DNA of 64,000 nt from the NCBI GenBank assembly GCA_963783145.1, contig CAWAMM010000009.1:287717-351716 (forward strand). The letters run 5' to 3'. Numbering within the stretch: the stretch's first letter is position 1; each line of letters begins with the position of its first letter. The DNA is from an uncultured delta proteobacterium. Lineage in GTDB: Bacteria > Desulfobacterota > Binatia > Binatales > Binataceae. The notes under the pieces are model-generated. The model saw only the letters and a list, made by a program, of their open reading frames with translations. It was not told the DNA's origin and did no database searches. Below, in pieces: positions 9,573 through 20,627 of this stretch. Made by a program: the position numbers and the translations under genes.

Positions 9573-11393
9573 CTAGGTCGCGGCACTGCGAGCTGATTCA
9601 ATTCGACGGATTTCTTGCGCGCGAGACTTTGCCCGGTCGGCCGCGATACGTGCCGAATCGGTTGCACGGTAAAGCTCCAGCTCCGCGTCGAACTCGTCGT
9701 CATGCACCGGGCTAAGCGCGAGATCGGTGTAGTTCTTTGATGTCGGGTCCTTCTCGATTCTGCGCCGTAAGCGCTCCAACCGCCAGAAATACATGAGTCC
9801 GGGCACGTAGGTTGAGATCATCTCGCCCGCACGCCGGATCGAGAACGTAAGCGGGTTCTCGCGTGGCAGTCCGGGACGTCGCTGCGAGCGCCGCTTGCGC
9901 CGGAGGATTCCCCCCTGAAGAGGATGCACATGTTCATAAAAGTGGCTGGCCGAGAAGTAGAACACCATCGAGGTGATTCGCGAGGTGCGAATCCCGACGG
10001 CTTTGGCGCGCTTGATCAGCGTCTCGATGTGCGCGGGCGTGTAGTAGAGATGCCAGGCGCGACGATAGATGTCCTCCCACTCTTCGGCGCTCATTCGCGG
10101 ATGGTCCGCGGTCGCGTGCTCCGCATCGTAGCGGTTAGTATCGGTTTCCATCCGCTCGCCGCGCAGATACATCTCCTGGTGATCTTTCGATCCAGGCAGC
10201 GGCGTAAGCATGAAGAACTCCATGATATCGATCGGGAGTTCGCGCTGGATAATCTTGATATCGCGCTCGATGCTCTGCGGGGTGTCGGACGGAAATCCGA
10301 GGATATAACCGGCGTAGGTCAGCACTTTGGCGCGCTTCCACGCCTGCAGCATCTTGCGATACTCGGTGATACGGTTCTGGCCTTTGGACGCGCCCTTGAG
10401 GCTTTCGGGATTGATGCTCTCGAGCCCGATAAAAACTTTCTTGCATCCCGCGCGCGCCGCCTTCTCCACAAAGTTGGGGATTTTGTGGCACATCGTATCG
10501 ACCTGCATGATGATGTTGATCTTCAGGCGGTCGCGGCGTTTCAGCTCGATGATGCGATCGAGAATCGATTCCCAGTTCTTGTTGCGGGCGAAGTTATCGT
10601 CGGTGATGAAGAAGCTTTTTACGCCCTGCGCCGAATGAGTCCGAATGAGCCGCTCGATGTCGTCGGCGCTGCGATGGCGCGACTTGCGCCCCTGTACGTT
10701 GATGATCGTACAGAAGCTGCAACTGAAGGGGCATCCGCGACCCGCGTCGAAGCAACCGATCGCGCCAGCATAGCGCTTTACATATCGCATCGGCAGGAAC
10801 GGCAACACCGTACCCTCCATCGCGGGCAAATCGGTCATGAAGTTGTAAAGCGGCTCCAGCCGATCCTCGAAGGCGGCGAGCAGCAGGCTATCGAGACGAT
10901 TTTCGGCCTCGCCCGCGAACAGGGTGATGCCGCGGGCGATTGCGTCTTTCAGCTCAGGCGGCATTTCGGGCAGCATCGCCACGCAACCGCTGACGTGGAA
11001 TCCGCCGATGGCAACCTTGATACCCGCGGTGCGCAACTCCGTGGCGATATCCACCGCGCGCGCGAACTGGTTGGTCTGCACCCCGATCATCAGCACCAGA
11101 CCGCGATTTGCGTTGCGGGCGAACCGGCGGACTATCTTCCGCACCGGGACCCTGGCGTTGGTCTCATCATGCGCGTGGATTTCGATCGCGACCTGCTTGC
11201 CGAGGGTGTGACGATCGCGCGCATCGAGCGCCAAACCGTAGATACTCGACAGCGAATTCGAGGGCACGAAACCCCGCCACCACTGGATGACGTAACCGTC
11301 GTCGTCGTAGTGCGACGGCTTGATTAGCTCGACCAGGAATTTTTCCTGCGTCAGCCTCCGGGCCTGCTCCATTTTTCTCCTGCCGCGATGCAT
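9573..11393 (-). CDS. B12-binding radical SAM protein with long C-terminal extension
   Basis: N-terminal cobalamin-binding region, CPFSCSFC (CxxxCxxC) radical-SAM cluster motif, 606 aa. Confidence 0.75.
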   Translation of the reverse strand: MHRGRRKMEQARRLTQEKFLVELIKPSHYDDDGYVIQWWRGFVPSNSLSSIYGLALDARDRHTLGKQVAIEIHAHDETNARVPVRKIVRRFARNANRGLVLMIGVQTNQFARAVDIATELRTAGIKVAIGGFHVSGCVAMLPEMPPELKDAIARGITLFAGEAENRLDSLLLAAFEDRLEPLYNFMTDLPAMEGTVLPFLPMRYVKRYAGAIGCFDAGRGCPFSCSFCTIINVQGRKSRHRSADDIERLIRTHSAQGVKSFFITDDNFARNKNWESILDRIIELKRRDRLKINIIMQVDTMCHKIPNFVEKAARAGCKKVFIGLESINPESLKGASKGQNRITEYRKMLQAWKRAKVLTYAGYILGFPSDTPQSIERDIKIIQRELPIDIMEFFMLTPLPGSKDHQEMYLRGERMETDTNRYDAEHATADHPRMSAEEWEDIYRRAWHLYYTPAHIETLIKRAKAVGIRTSRITSMVFYFSASHFYEHVHPLQGGILRRKRRSQRRPGLPRENPLTFSIRRAGEMISTYVPGLMYFWRLERLRRRIEKDPTSKNYTDLALSPVHDDEFDAELELYRATDSARIAADRAKSRAQEIRRIESARSAAT

Positions 11394-11712
11394 CCGCGCC
11401 CGCGCGTCGTGGGCTGCCCTACGTTGAAAAAATGCGGGCTACATACTTAAGCTCGCCTTAGAAGGAGGGTGTGGGAGTTGAAGTGGCGAGCTCCGACCAG
11501 TGAATGACCCGCCTCACAGTAGTACCGATCCGTCAGAAAGGCGAGCCGCAATCGGGAGCACGCGCTGCCCGATTTTGATGGGAACGCCACCGGCACGCAT
11601 TGGATGCGATTCCTGGCGCTTTCGGATATCTGACCGGATTGCTAGATCAATAACCGCGACCGGCTGCGCATCGCGGAAGAGCGGAGTCAGGCATTCATTT
11701 GGAGGATCGAAA

Positions 11713-12738
11713 ATGAAACTTGGACTAATGGCGGCTGGTTTCGGGCCGCAAATAAAGGTTGATGTAGCAAGAATCAAGGAAGCCGAAGCCCTCGGCTATG
11801 ACTCGGTGTGGACTGCCGAAGCATGGGGCAGTGACGCGATCACGCCGCTGGCCTGGATCGCCGCGCAGACCAGCAAAATCAAGCTCGGTACCGCGATCAT
11901 GCAGATGCAGGCGCGCACCCCGGCGATGTGCGCGATGCAGGTGATGACGGTGGATCAGCTTTCCGGCGGGCGCATGATCGTTGGCATCGGGCCCTCGGGA
12001 CCGCAGGTCATCGAAGGATGGCACGGCCAAGCCTATGGCAAACCGCTCAAGCGCACCCGCGAGTATATTGCCGTCATGCGCCAGATTTTCGCGCGCGAGA
12101 AGCCGGTCGAGTTCCAGGGCGAATACTACCAGTTGCCGTACAAAGGCCCCGATTCCTCCGGCCTCGGCAAGCCCTTGCGCAGCATCCTGCACGGCCGCAC
12201 TGACATCCCGATCTACACCGCGACCATCTCGCCGAAGGGCGTCGAAGTCGCCGGTGAAGTGGCCGACGGATTCATCCCGGTGTGGACTACGCCGAAGGGC
12301 CTCGACACCTTCGTCCCCAATTTGGAGGCGGGCTTCCGCAAAGCCGGCGGAGGCAAGGGATTTAACAATTTCGAGATCGCGGTCTCAGTCAACATCGTGG
12401 TGAACAACGATGTGAAAGCGGCGCGCGAATCACTCAAGCCGGGTATCGCGCTCTATGTCGGCGGGATGGGCGCCCGGGACAAGAACTTCTACACCCAACA
12501 TGTGAGCCGTCAGGGATGGGCCGAGGACGCGCACAAAATCCAGGATCTCTTCCTGAGTGGCAAGCGGCAGGAAGCGGTTGCCGCGGTACCCGATGCGCTG
12601 GTTGACGAGCTTTCTTTGGTCGGCCCCAGGGAGCGTATCCTCGAGCGCGCCGCGGCGTGGAAAGCGAGCAAGGCCACGATGCTGCTGCTGGGCGGCGATT
12701 CGAACGCGATCAAGGTGGCCGCGGAAGCTTTTCTCTAG
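11713..12738 (+). CDS. LLM-class (luciferase-like) flavin/F420-dependent oxidoreductase
   Basis: MKLGLMAAGFGP... start with GGAGGA RBS at 11701-11706; TIM-barrel LLM family features. The ORF-track start at 11500 is an upstream artefact. Confidence 0.75.
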   Translation: MKLGLMAAGFGPQIKVDVARIKEAEALGYDSVWTAEAWGSDAITPLAWIAAQTSKIKLGTAIMQMQARTPAMCAMQVMTVDQLSGGRMIVGIGPSGPQVIEGWHGQAYGKPLKRTREYIAVMRQIFAREKPVEFQGEYYQLPYKGPDSSGLGKPLRSILHGRTDIPIYTATISPKGVEVAGEVADGFIPVWTTPKGLDTFVPNLEAGFRKAGGGKGFNNFEIAVSVNIVVNNDVKAARESLKPGIALYVGGMGARDKNFYTQHVSRQGWAEDAHKIQDLFLSGKRQEAVAAVPDALVDELSLVGPRERILERAAAWKASKATMLLLGGDSNAIKVAAEAFL

Positions 12739-12787
12739 AAGTTTTGAGCATGCGATCGTTTAGGTAATCGCACAACGGAGGAACAAC

Positions 12788-13525
12788 ATGATCGATCTAT
12801 ATTTCTGGCCAACTCCGAATGGGAAAAAAATCACCATCCTGCTCGAAGAAGCGGGCATCCCCTACAACATCAAGGCAGTCAACATCGGACGCGGCGACCA
12901 GCTAACCGCTGATTTCCTCAAAATCGCGCCCAACGGCCGCATGCCCGCGATCGTTGATACCGAACCGAAAGGTGGTGGCGCGCCCATCACCATTTTCGAG
13001 TCCGGCGCCATCATGGAATACCTGGGTGAGAAGAGCGGCAAGTTCTTTCCGCAAGAGCCGCATCAGAAGGCCGAAGTCCTGCAATGGCTGTATTGGCAGA
13101 TGGGCAACCAGGGCCCAAAAATGGGCGAGCAGGGGCACTTCCGGCGTGCCTCGCAAAATCCCAAGAACGGCGATCAGACGTATGCGCTGCTGCGCTTCGA
13201 TAACGAAGTCCATCGCATCTACGGTGTGATGAACCTCGGCCTGCACAAGAAGCGCTACCTGGCGGCCGGCCAGTACACCATCGCGGATATGATCTGCTAT
13301 CCGTGGGCGATCACTGTACAGGGTCGCAATGTCGACCTCGCGGAATTTCCGAACGTCAAGCGATGGCTCGATGAAATCGGGGAGCGCCCTGCGGTGAAAA
13401 AGGCGATGGCCGCGGGCCCCGAGTATCGCGAGGACCCCGCAACGGTCACCCCCGAAGAGCAGGCGCGCCGTGCCAAGCTGCTTACCCATCAGCGGGCGCA
13501 GGCGGTTCCGAAAGAGTGGGCATAG
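12788..13525 (+). CDS. Glutathione S-transferase (Nu-class/YghU-like)
   Basis: MIDLYFWPTPNGKKI...FESGAIMEYL thioredoxin-like N-domain. Confidence 0.8.
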   Translation: MIDLYFWPTPNGKKITILLEEAGIPYNIKAVNIGRGDQLTADFLKIAPNGRMPAIVDTEPKGGGAPITIFESGAIMEYLGEKSGKFFPQEPHQKAEVLQWLYWQMGNQGPKMGEQGHFRRASQNPKNGDQTYALLRFDNEVHRIYGVMNLGLHKKRYLAAGQYTIADMICYPWAITVQGRNVDLAEFPNVKRWLDEIGERPAVKKAMAAGPEYREDPATVTPEEQARRAKLLTHQRAQAVPKEWA

Positions 13526-13544
13526 CCGCCGCGACCCACGACTG

Positions 13545-13610
13545 AATCTCCGCCCCCAGAGGCGGAGCGAGCAGGCTGTTGAAGGATTTTTTCAGCAGCC
13601 TGCTATTATT
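13545..13610 (+). terminator. Tandem hairpins downstream of the GST gene (putative intrinsic terminator)
   Basis: Two hairpins: ctccgcc-N6-ggcggag, then agcaggctg-N15(T-rich)-cagcctgct followed by attatt. Confidence 0.3.
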
Positions 13611-13650
13611 ATGCGCTCGCGATTGTCGCCTCGTTCCCGAGTCCAACTGG

Positions 13651-15174
13651 ATGGAATCCGAATCAATCCTCGCCGCCGCTACCGATGCCTCGATCGAGGT
13701 CGTCGCCGAGCATCCTCAACCGCACAAATGGCTGGTCGCCGCGGCGGTCTTGCTCGGCGCCATCCTGACGATCATGGACGGCTCCATCGTTAATGTTGCA
13801 CTGCCCTATATGCAGCGCAGTTTCAGCGTCGGCGTCGATCGGATCAGTTGGGTAGTCACCAGCTACCTCGCGGCGGTCAGCGTCATGATTCCGATGAGTG
13901 GATGGATCGCGGTCCGGATCGGACGCCGGCGCTACCTGCTGCTCTCAGTCGTACTTTTTGTAGCCGCCTCCGCGTTATGCGGGCTCGCGGAAAGCATTGG
14001 CCAGATGGTGGTGTTTCGCGTGATCCAGGGCGCCGCGGGCGCGGCGATGATGCCGCTGTCGCAAGCGATTCTCCTCGAGACCTTCCCGGTCGAGGAGCAT
14101 ACGCTCGCGATGACGACCTTCGGCATCGGCATGATGGCCGCGCCGGTCATCGGTCCGACGCTGGGCGGCTGGATCACCCAGACCTGGAGTTGGCGATGGA
14201 ATTTCTACATCAACGTGCCGACCGGAGCCTTCGCGGCGCTGATGGTTTATGCCTACGTGCACGATCCCGGATACCTGCGCGAGCAGCGCGGCAGCGGCAA
14301 AGTTGACTACCTCGGGATCATCCTGATCGCGGCGTCGCTTGGAATTTTCCAAATCGTGCTCGGCCGCGGCGGCCATGACGGTTGGTTTGCCGCGCCATGG
14401 GTCAGATATGGCGCCACACTCTCGGCGCTGTCGATGATGGCGCTGATCGTTCATGAGCTGCGCGTTCCCGAGCCGATTGTGGACCTGCGAATCTTTGGAA
14501 TTCTGGGATTCTCAATCGCGGTGGTGTTGATGTCGCTCCAGGGCCTCGCGCTGTGGACGGTCAACCTGTTAAATCCGCTCTTCCTCGAGAACGTTTTGCA
14601 CTACGACGCCTGGCGAGCCGGCCTCGCGGTCGCGCCGCGCGGACTTGGCGTGGTGGTCGCTTTGATCGCGGTAGGACAATTGTCGCGGCGTCAATTCGAC
14701 ATGCGACCGCTGGTGTGCGCGGGATTCCTGATGGGCGCCTACCAGGCGTACCGAATGTCGCAATGGACGGTCGGCGTGCACGAGGCCGAAATTCTGCTAC
14801 CGATTTTTCTTTTTGGTATGGGGTTGGGCGCGATTTTTCCGATCGTCACCGCACTCGGCATCGGGCAAATCAGCCGTGAGCGGATGGGCTTCGCCTCGAG
14901 CCTGTTCTCCGTATTGATCAATACCGGCGCGGCGGCCGGAATCGCGGTCGCAACCAACCTGCTGACTTCGGGTCATCGTCGCCACGAAGCGCAGCTCATG
15001 GCCACGCTATCGGCGCCTCATCAGCTGACGAGCGCCCTGAAGTCGCAGGCCTGGTTGTTGGCGTATAATGATGTGTACCGCGTGACCGCGCTCATGCTGG
15101 TGCTCCTCGCGCCGTGGGCGCTGCTGCTGAAGCGCGCGCAGGTTAATACCGATGCGGCAATCGGTTTGGAGTGA
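13651..15174 (+). CDS. DHA2-family MFS efflux transporter (EmrB/QacA-like, 14 TM)
   Basis: Multi-TM; MDGSIVNVALP and other MFS motifs. Start is probably M at 13651, since the ORF-track start at 13579 overlaps the terminator hairpin. Confidence 0.75.
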   Translation: MESESILAAATDASIEVVAEHPQPHKWLVAAAVLLGAILTIMDGSIVNVALPYMQRSFSVGVDRISWVVTSYLAAVSVMIPMSGWIAVRIGRRRYLLLSVVLFVAASALCGLAESIGQMVVFRVIQGAAGAAMMPLSQAILLETFPVEEHTLAMTTFGIGMMAAPVIGPTLGGWITQTWSWRWNFYINVPTGAFAALMVYAYVHDPGYLREQRGSGKVDYLGIILIAASLGIFQIVLGRGGHDGWFAAPWVRYGATLSALSMMALIVHELRVPEPIVDLRIFGILGFSIAVVLMSLQGLALWTVNLLNPLFLENVLHYDAWRAGLAVAPRGLGVVVALIAVGQLSRRQFDMRPLVCAGFLMGAYQAYRMSQWTVGVHEAEILLPIFLFGMGLGAIFPIVTALGIGQISRERMGFASSLFSVLINTGAAAGIAVATNLLTSGHRRHEAQLMATLSAPHQLTSALKSQAWLLAYNDVYRVTALMLVLLAPWALLLKRAQVNTDAAIGLE

Positions 15175-15648
15175 AGAACCGAACTCCTCTCAACGCTTCC
15201 GTTGAACGGGGCCCTGAAGGTATACACGCCTCGTTCAGTTACAAAGCTTGCAGCTGGCCTTTCCGGACGCGGCGAAACGCCTGGCCCACGGCGCCAGCCG
15301 ATCGCCACCTTCGAGGATTCGCGTGTCGATAGAAAGTTCCTTCACCATCGCATCGAGTTGTGGCTGCGATTTGTCGGCCAGCCTGTTCAGAACGATAGCT
15401 TTGCGTTTTCTGTTCACGAAATGAATTCTCCTCGCCTAATTCCATCTCATCGCTTTTGGCCGGTGTCAACGGTGCTGGCAGACGCCTCGAAAAAATCGCA
15501 CCGCTCCGCAAGTTTGAATGGCACAATCGCGGCAACAATTTATCTGTGCTACCGATTTGCCGAGGAGGCGCTGGACGCTCTCGGCACTGATGTACTAGTC
15601 CGGCCGTCGTCCGGCGCTGCGCTCAAGATGCGCATCGGAGGAATAAGT

Positions 15649-17043
15649 ATGTCGCTACATAGAAAACGTGACCACGGCGGGAAGGTGTCAGAGGTTATTT
15701 ATCCCTCCAGCGATCCCTCGCTGACAGTTCCAAAGTATAAAATTCCGCGTGCAGAGGGGACTGCGCGATCCGCCTATGCCCTCATCCACGATGAGTTGTT
15801 GCTCGATGGAAACGCGCGCCAGAACCTCGCCACTTTTTGCACCACCTGGAATGAACCTGAGGTGCAAAGTCTGATGGCCGAGTGCATCGACAAGAATATG
15901 TGCGACAAGGATGAATACCCGCAAACCGCAGAGATCGAGAGCCGCTGCGTGCACATTCTCGCCGATTTGTGGAATTCACCGGGCGCTGCGGACACCATCG
16001 GATGTTCCACCACCGGCTCCAGCGAGGCCGCTATGCTCGGCGGTCTGGCGGCCAAATGGCGTTGGCGAGCCAGGATGCGCGCGCAGGGCAAACCTACCGA
16101 CCGGCCGAATCTGGTTTGTGGACCGGTGCAAGTTTGCTGGCACAAGTTCGGCCGCTATTTTGATGTCGAGATCCGGGAGGTTCCGCTCGAAGCTGAGCGC
16201 CTGCTGATGGGCCCGGAACAAACGCTGGCTCTGTGTGACGAAAATACCATCATGGTCGTACCCACACTCGGCGTGACTACCTGTTGCCAGTATGAGCCCG
16301 TGCAGGCGATCGCGCAGGCTTTGGATCAGCTGGAGCAGAGAAGTGGATTGGACATTCCACTCCATGTGGATGCGGCGAGCGGCGGCTTTCTCGCGCCGTT
16401 TTGCGACCCCGACCTGGTGTGGGATTTTCGTTTGCCGAGGGTCAAGTCCATCAACACCTCGGGACACAAGTTTGGTCTGGCTCCGCTCGGCGTTGGATGG
16501 GTGGTTTGGCGCGACCGCACTGACCTCCCGGAAGATCTGATCTTTCGGGTCAACTACCTGGGCGGTGATATGCCGACCTTCGCGCTGAACTTTTCCCGTC
16601 CTGCCGGCCAGATTGTATGCCAATACTACAATTTTCTCCGGCTGGGTTTCGAAGGCTACCGGAAAATTCAAGACTCGTGCTATCGCACGGCACAACACCT
16701 GGCGGCTGAGATCGGCAGGATGGGACCGTTTCACGTCATTCACGACGGACACGGTGGACTGCCCGCGGTATGTTGGAGTCTGAAGGACGGCAGCGACTGC
16801 GGCTTCACTCTCTACGACCTTTCCGATCGCCTGCGCGCCCGCGGCTGGCAAGTTCCGGCCTACTCAATGCCGCCGAATCGCGAGGATCTCGTGGTCCAGC
16901 GCATCCTCGTCCGGCACGGGGTGAGTCCTGACCTGGCTAACATTCTACTGGAAGACATTCAGCGTTCGTTGACGCTTCTCGAAAAGCATCCTGTTTCACG
17001 ATCGCTCACGGAAACCGAGGCCGGCGGCTACAATCACAATTGA
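15649..17043 (+). CDS. gad: Glutamate decarboxylase (PLP-dependent)
   Basis: Strong GAD-like sequence throughout ([17 protein letters not shown]...[19 protein letters not shown] with the PLP lysine). GGAGGA RBS 7 nt before ATG 15649. The ORF-track start at 15202 is an upstream extension. Confidence 0.85.
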   Translation: MSLHRKRDHGGKVSEVIYPSSDPSLTVPKYKIPRAEGTARSAYALIHDELLLDGNARQNLATFCTTWNEPEVQSLMAECIDKNMCDKDEYPQTAEIESRCVHILADLWNSPGAADTIGCSTTGSSEAAMLGGLAAKWRWRARMRAQGKPTDRPNLVCGPVQVCWHKFGRYFDVEIREVPLEAERLLMGPEQTLALCDENTIMVVPTLGVTTCCQYEPVQAIAQALDQLEQRSGLDIPLHVDAASGGFLAPFCDPDLVWDFRLPRVKSINTSGHKFGLAPLGVGWVVWRDRTDLPEDLIFRVNYLGGDMPTFALNFSRPAGQIVCQYYNFLRLGFEGYRKIQDSCYRTAQHLAAEIGRMGPFHVIHDGHGGLPAVCWSLKDGSDCGFTLYDLSDRLRARGWQVPAYSMPPNREDLVVQRILVRHGVSPDLANILLEDIQRSLTLLEKHPVSRSLTETEAGGYNHN

Positions 17044-17085
17044 AGTTGCAAGGAGCGATTCGAACCCCCGCAACATCGAATTCGC

Positions 17086-18141
17086 TTAGGGGCGCGCTTC
17101 GAAAACGAGATTGAAGGGGGTCGCGGCGGCGCGGCGAATTCGGGTAAACCCGCCCGCACCCAGCACTTCGCGCAGACGGGCTTCGCCTGCCTGCGTACCA
17201 AGTCCGAGGCCGACCTCCTGCGAGAGCGATGCCGGCACGCAGATAGTCGTCGATGCCGCATAGTAGAGGCGTCCAATAGGATTGAAATTGTCCTCCGTCT
17301 GATCCGCCGCATATGGTTCAACGACCATCCAGGTACCGTCCTCGGCAAGTCGCGTCTTCACATGGCGCGCGGCGCCTACCGGGTCACCCATGTCGTGCAG
17401 GCAATCGAAAAAGGCCACCAAATCATAAGTTCCCGGGAAGTTTTTCGCGGTCGCCTGTGCGAAATGCGCGCGATCCAAAACACCCGCTTCCTGCGCGAGT
17501 TCGCGCGCGCGGAGGATGGACGGTTCGTGGTAGTCGAAGCCGTAAAACTCAGATTTCGGATATGCCTTAGCCATCAGAATCACTGATGCGCCATGACCGC
17601 ATCCCACATCCGCGACTTTTGCGCCTTGCGCGAGTTTTTCATTCACGCCCTCCAGCGCCGGTATCCACGCGGACACCAGGTTCGTCGCATAGCTCGGCCG
17701 AAAGAAGCGCTCAGTGCCGCGGAAGAGGCAGGGGTCGTGCTCGTGCCATCCGACCCCGCCGCCGCTGCGGAACGCCTGTGCAACCTTGGGCTCATCACGG
17801 AGGGCAGCGGCCGCGATTTCATAGATGCCGGGGAAGAACGCGGGGCCGTTTTCATCGGCGAGCAAAAGCGCTTGCTCGGCGGACATCGAGTATTTTCCCG
17901 TCGCAGGGTCGTAGTTGATGTACCCGGCGGCGGCCTGACCCGCGCACCATTCGCGTACGTATCGTTCTACCGTACCGGTTTGCGCGGCGAGCTCCACCGG
18001 CGTGGACGGACCCTGGGCGGCAAGGGTTTTGTAGAGGCCCAACTGGTCGCCGAGGAGCACCAGCGCGCCGCCCATCGCTGCGCCAACGTCGCCGAGCATC
18101 TTCCCAACGAGTTCCTGAAGCTTCGTTTCATTGATGGCCAT
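17086..18141 (-). CDS. Class I SAM-dependent methyltransferase (O-methyltransferase-like)
   Basis: VADVGCGHGAS SAM-binding motif I; winged-helix dimerisation N-domain; 351 aa. Confidence 0.75.
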   Translation of the reverse strand: MAINETKLQELVGKMLGDVGAAMGGALVLLGDQLGLYKTLAAQGPSTPVELAAQTGTVERYVREWCAGQAAAGYINYDPATGKYSMSAEQALLLADENGPAFFPGIYEIAAAALRDEPKVAQAFRSGGGVGWHEHDPCLFRGTERFFRPSYATNLVSAWIPALEGVNEKLAQGAKVADVGCGHGASVILMAKAYPKSEFYGFDYHEPSILRARELAQEAGVLDRAHFAQATAKNFPGTYDLVAFFDCLHDMGDPVGAARHVKTRLAEDGTWMVVEPYAADQTEDNFNPIGRLYYAASTTICVPASLSQEVGLGLGTQAGEARLREVLGAGGFTRIRRAAATPFNLVFEARP

Positions 18142-18686
18142 GTTTGCTCGCGGCCTCCTGATTTATGGATTTGAGTTGACGACCTGCGCGGATAGGTGCA
18201 CGGGAAAGAACATAGATAATCGGTCATCTCAGCGTCAACGACTCTTGGCGCCACTACAGGTCTTAGTGTCGGCCTCCCGTCTGCGATGACCGAACTCCCG
18301 GGACGCGTCGGTATCGTTCGCCCGATTGCCGCAGAATTCTCGAGTGAGCGCGAGGAATCTCTGAAGGGGAAGAGCGGCTAGCGGAGAGGAAGGGAACGCA
18401 TCCGGCGGACGCTTCATCCTCGGGCTCGGCGCGGGATGGTTCGAGTTCGAACATCGGAGCCTTCGGATTCGATTTCAAACCGGCGGCGCAGCGCCTCGCA
18501 GCGCTCGACGAAGCGTGCCGAAGTAGTGCGCGCTCTTCTGTTGCATGCGGGAGCTGGCGGCGAGGGTTTCGAAATAATCGACTGGAATCATTCCGGTATT
18601 TGCCGTACGCCTTTTACGAGACCTTTTCACCGAACGTCGTGGATCAGAGGGAGTGGTCTGGCGATGTTGGTCTGAACTCTGAGCTG

Positions 18687-19097
18687 ATGGGAGTCGCACC
18701 GCGAGCGCCGCTTATTTTGTTCGACGGAGTCTGCAATCTGTGCAACGGCTGGGTGAGATTCGTGGTCCGTCGCGATCCTGCCGGAGTGTTTCGCTTCGCT
18801 GCGCAGCAATCGCCTGCCGGTCAGGCGTTGATCGAAGAGCGGATGAGAGGCGCGGTTGAATTGTCCAGCGTGATTCTGATCGTGGATGACGCGGCCTACA
18901 CCGAATCTGACGCCGTGCTCCAGATCCTTGCCCGCCTCGGTCGGCCCTGGTCCTGGGTCGTGTTCTTACGGTTCATTCCGCGTCGAGTCCGCGATGTCTG
19001 CTATCGATTCATCGCCCGTCATCGGTATCGATGGTTCGGGAAAACTGAACTCTGTCAGATCCCATCGCCGGAGATCAGGTCGAGATTCATCGAGTGA
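18687..19097 (+). CDS. DCC-family thiol-disulfide oxidoreductase (DUF393)
   Basis: ILFDGVCNLCNGWVRFVVRRDP signature. Confidence 0.7.
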   Translation: MGVAPRAPLILFDGVCNLCNGWVRFVVRRDPAGVFRFAAQQSPAGQALIEERMRGAVELSSVILIVDDAAYTESDAVLQILARLGRPWSWVVFLRFIPRRVRDVCYRFIARHRYRWFGKTELCQIPSPEIRSRFIE

Positions 19098-19144
19098 TCC
19101 CACGGGCGTATGCCCAAATATCGCTTGCGCAGGAACGTCGAGGC

Positions 19145-19729
19145 TCATCGAACGACCTGGCGGACTGCTCGGTACATCGCCATTTTTGAGCCGTCGGCGA
19201 ATTGCTTTTGCAGCGAACGAGACAGCGGGTACCCGAGTTTCGCCAGCGCGTGCCAGGGGCGCGAAAAAGCGAGAACGTCGTAGCAGACCTTGTCGGTGGC
19301 GCGGTTCCACTCGACCATGAAGCGCTCCTCGCCAGTCTCTGCGTGATCGCGAAGCGTGCCGTAAGCGAAGCCAAATTGGTCGGTAGCTCCGCTCTCGTCG
19401 ACAACGTAGACGATCCGGCATGCGTTCAATGAAAAGAAACCGAAGGCGTGCGCGCAAACGGCAACAACCGCTCCGACCTGTAGCGATGTGTCAGGCCAAT
19501 AGAGACGTACCCACGGGATATTGAACATTTTCCAAGCGCGAACTGCGGCGACCGCGCGCAACCACATCTGTTCGCCGCGGCCGAGCTCAATGCGATTGTG
19601 ATCCACGTTGTAGCCGCCGGGCACAGTGCCGGCCGACGCGCCCACCTCAGGATAGGAAAACTCTGCGTCCTCCTGATTCGCGATGAACCGGCGAACCTCG
19701 TCGTCCGCCGGCCGAGTCAAACGGAACAA
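19145..19729 (-). CDS. DUF1990-like protein
   Basis: 194 aa; FSYPEVGAS...GGY pattern recalled for DUF1990. Low-certainty family call. Confidence 0.45.
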   Translation of the reverse strand: MFRLTRPADDEVRRFIANQEDAEFSYPEVGASAGTVPGGYNVDHNRIELGRGEQMWLRAVAAVRAWKMFNIPWVRLYWPDTSLQVGAVVAVCAHAFGFFSLNACRIVYVVDESGATDQFGFAYGTLRDHAETGEERFMVEWNRATDKVCYDVLAFSRPWHALAKLGYPLSRSLQKQFADGSKMAMYRAVRQVVR

Positions 19730-19958
19730 ATGGCGACGCTCTCCTTTAGCCGATTAGGGGTTGTGGCTACCGAAAACCTCAACCGCGTGACGCGCTGTAG
19801 CGACTGAGGGAGTATAAGACAGGATCTTTGGTTGGGTGATTCGAGTATTCCTGATTCTCCGGCGGTTGCTCAATCGCTGCGCGCAGCGAGAATCAAGCGC
19901 GTCCGCGGAACCGCTTGAATCTTCAGATTTACCCCGAGAATCTCCAATTTAAAGCTGG

Positions 19959-20627
19959 TTGGCGGAGAGGGAGGGGGCCGCCTCGGAATTCGAACGTGGG
20001 GTACGCGATTCCGTCCATACCGTCCTCAAAGACCAATCTGCCCTCGCCACGACATTGCATGATTCAGGCGTGCCCCCGGCAGAGATCCAGTCGATTCTCA
20101 GAACCCTCCAAGCTCTCGATATCTCAGGACAATCGGATCGCTCGGAAACAACGAACCTGGCGCCGGTCGTGAGGAGAGTGGATCTTCGAAAAGACGGGAT
20201 CGAACTGTCAGTTGACCTTGAATCGATCGTTCCGCGTGGTGCCGACTCTCCGCCACTGACGATCACAAGATTCATTCCGCTTCGGATCGGGCGTCGGGGG
20301 GTAGCTATGCGGCTTGTTTTCGGAGGCGGGGTCTCGGCCCGCAAGCCGGATCCCTCACTTTTGAAAGCGGTCGCACGTGGATACCGCTGGTTTCACGAAG
20401 TCATTTCCGATCAAGGTATACTTCCCAGAGATATCGCGGCTCGCGAACGGGTAAACGAACGCTTCGTCCGACGACTAATGCCGCTTGCGTTTCTTGCACC
20501 GGCGGTGATTGAGGCAATCGTGGAAGGACGACAACCCCCCGAACTCACCGGTGAATTCCTCAGCCGCGGTATCGAGATTCCCGTCCAGTGGACGAAGCAG
20601 GCTGCAGCGCTCGGGTTTGCTGATTAA
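19959..20627 (+). pseudogene. Remnant C-terminal portion of a serine recombinase/resolvase-family protein (TTG-initiated ORF, no catalytic N-domain)
   Basis: C-terminal tail ...IEAIVEGRQPPELTGEFLSRGIEIPVQWTKQAAALGFAD resembles tails of recombinase-family proteins. It starts inside the att-like repeat and lacks the catalytic domain. Confidence 0.4.
19960..19995 (+). repeat. attR-like direct repeat of the 3' end of tRNA-Ser
   Basis: tggcggagagggaggg (19960-19975) is identical to 23806-23821, then a 12-nt insertion, then attcgaac matching 23822-23829. Confidence 0.55.

Noticed and set aside
15202-15648. N-terminal 149-codon extension of the GAD ORF, and similar extensions at 11500-11712 (LLM) and 13579-13650 (MFS).
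   Set aside because: Homology to the families starts at the internal ATGs, which have good RBSs. The extensions are GC-rich read-through of intergenic DNA, one of them across a terminator hairpin.
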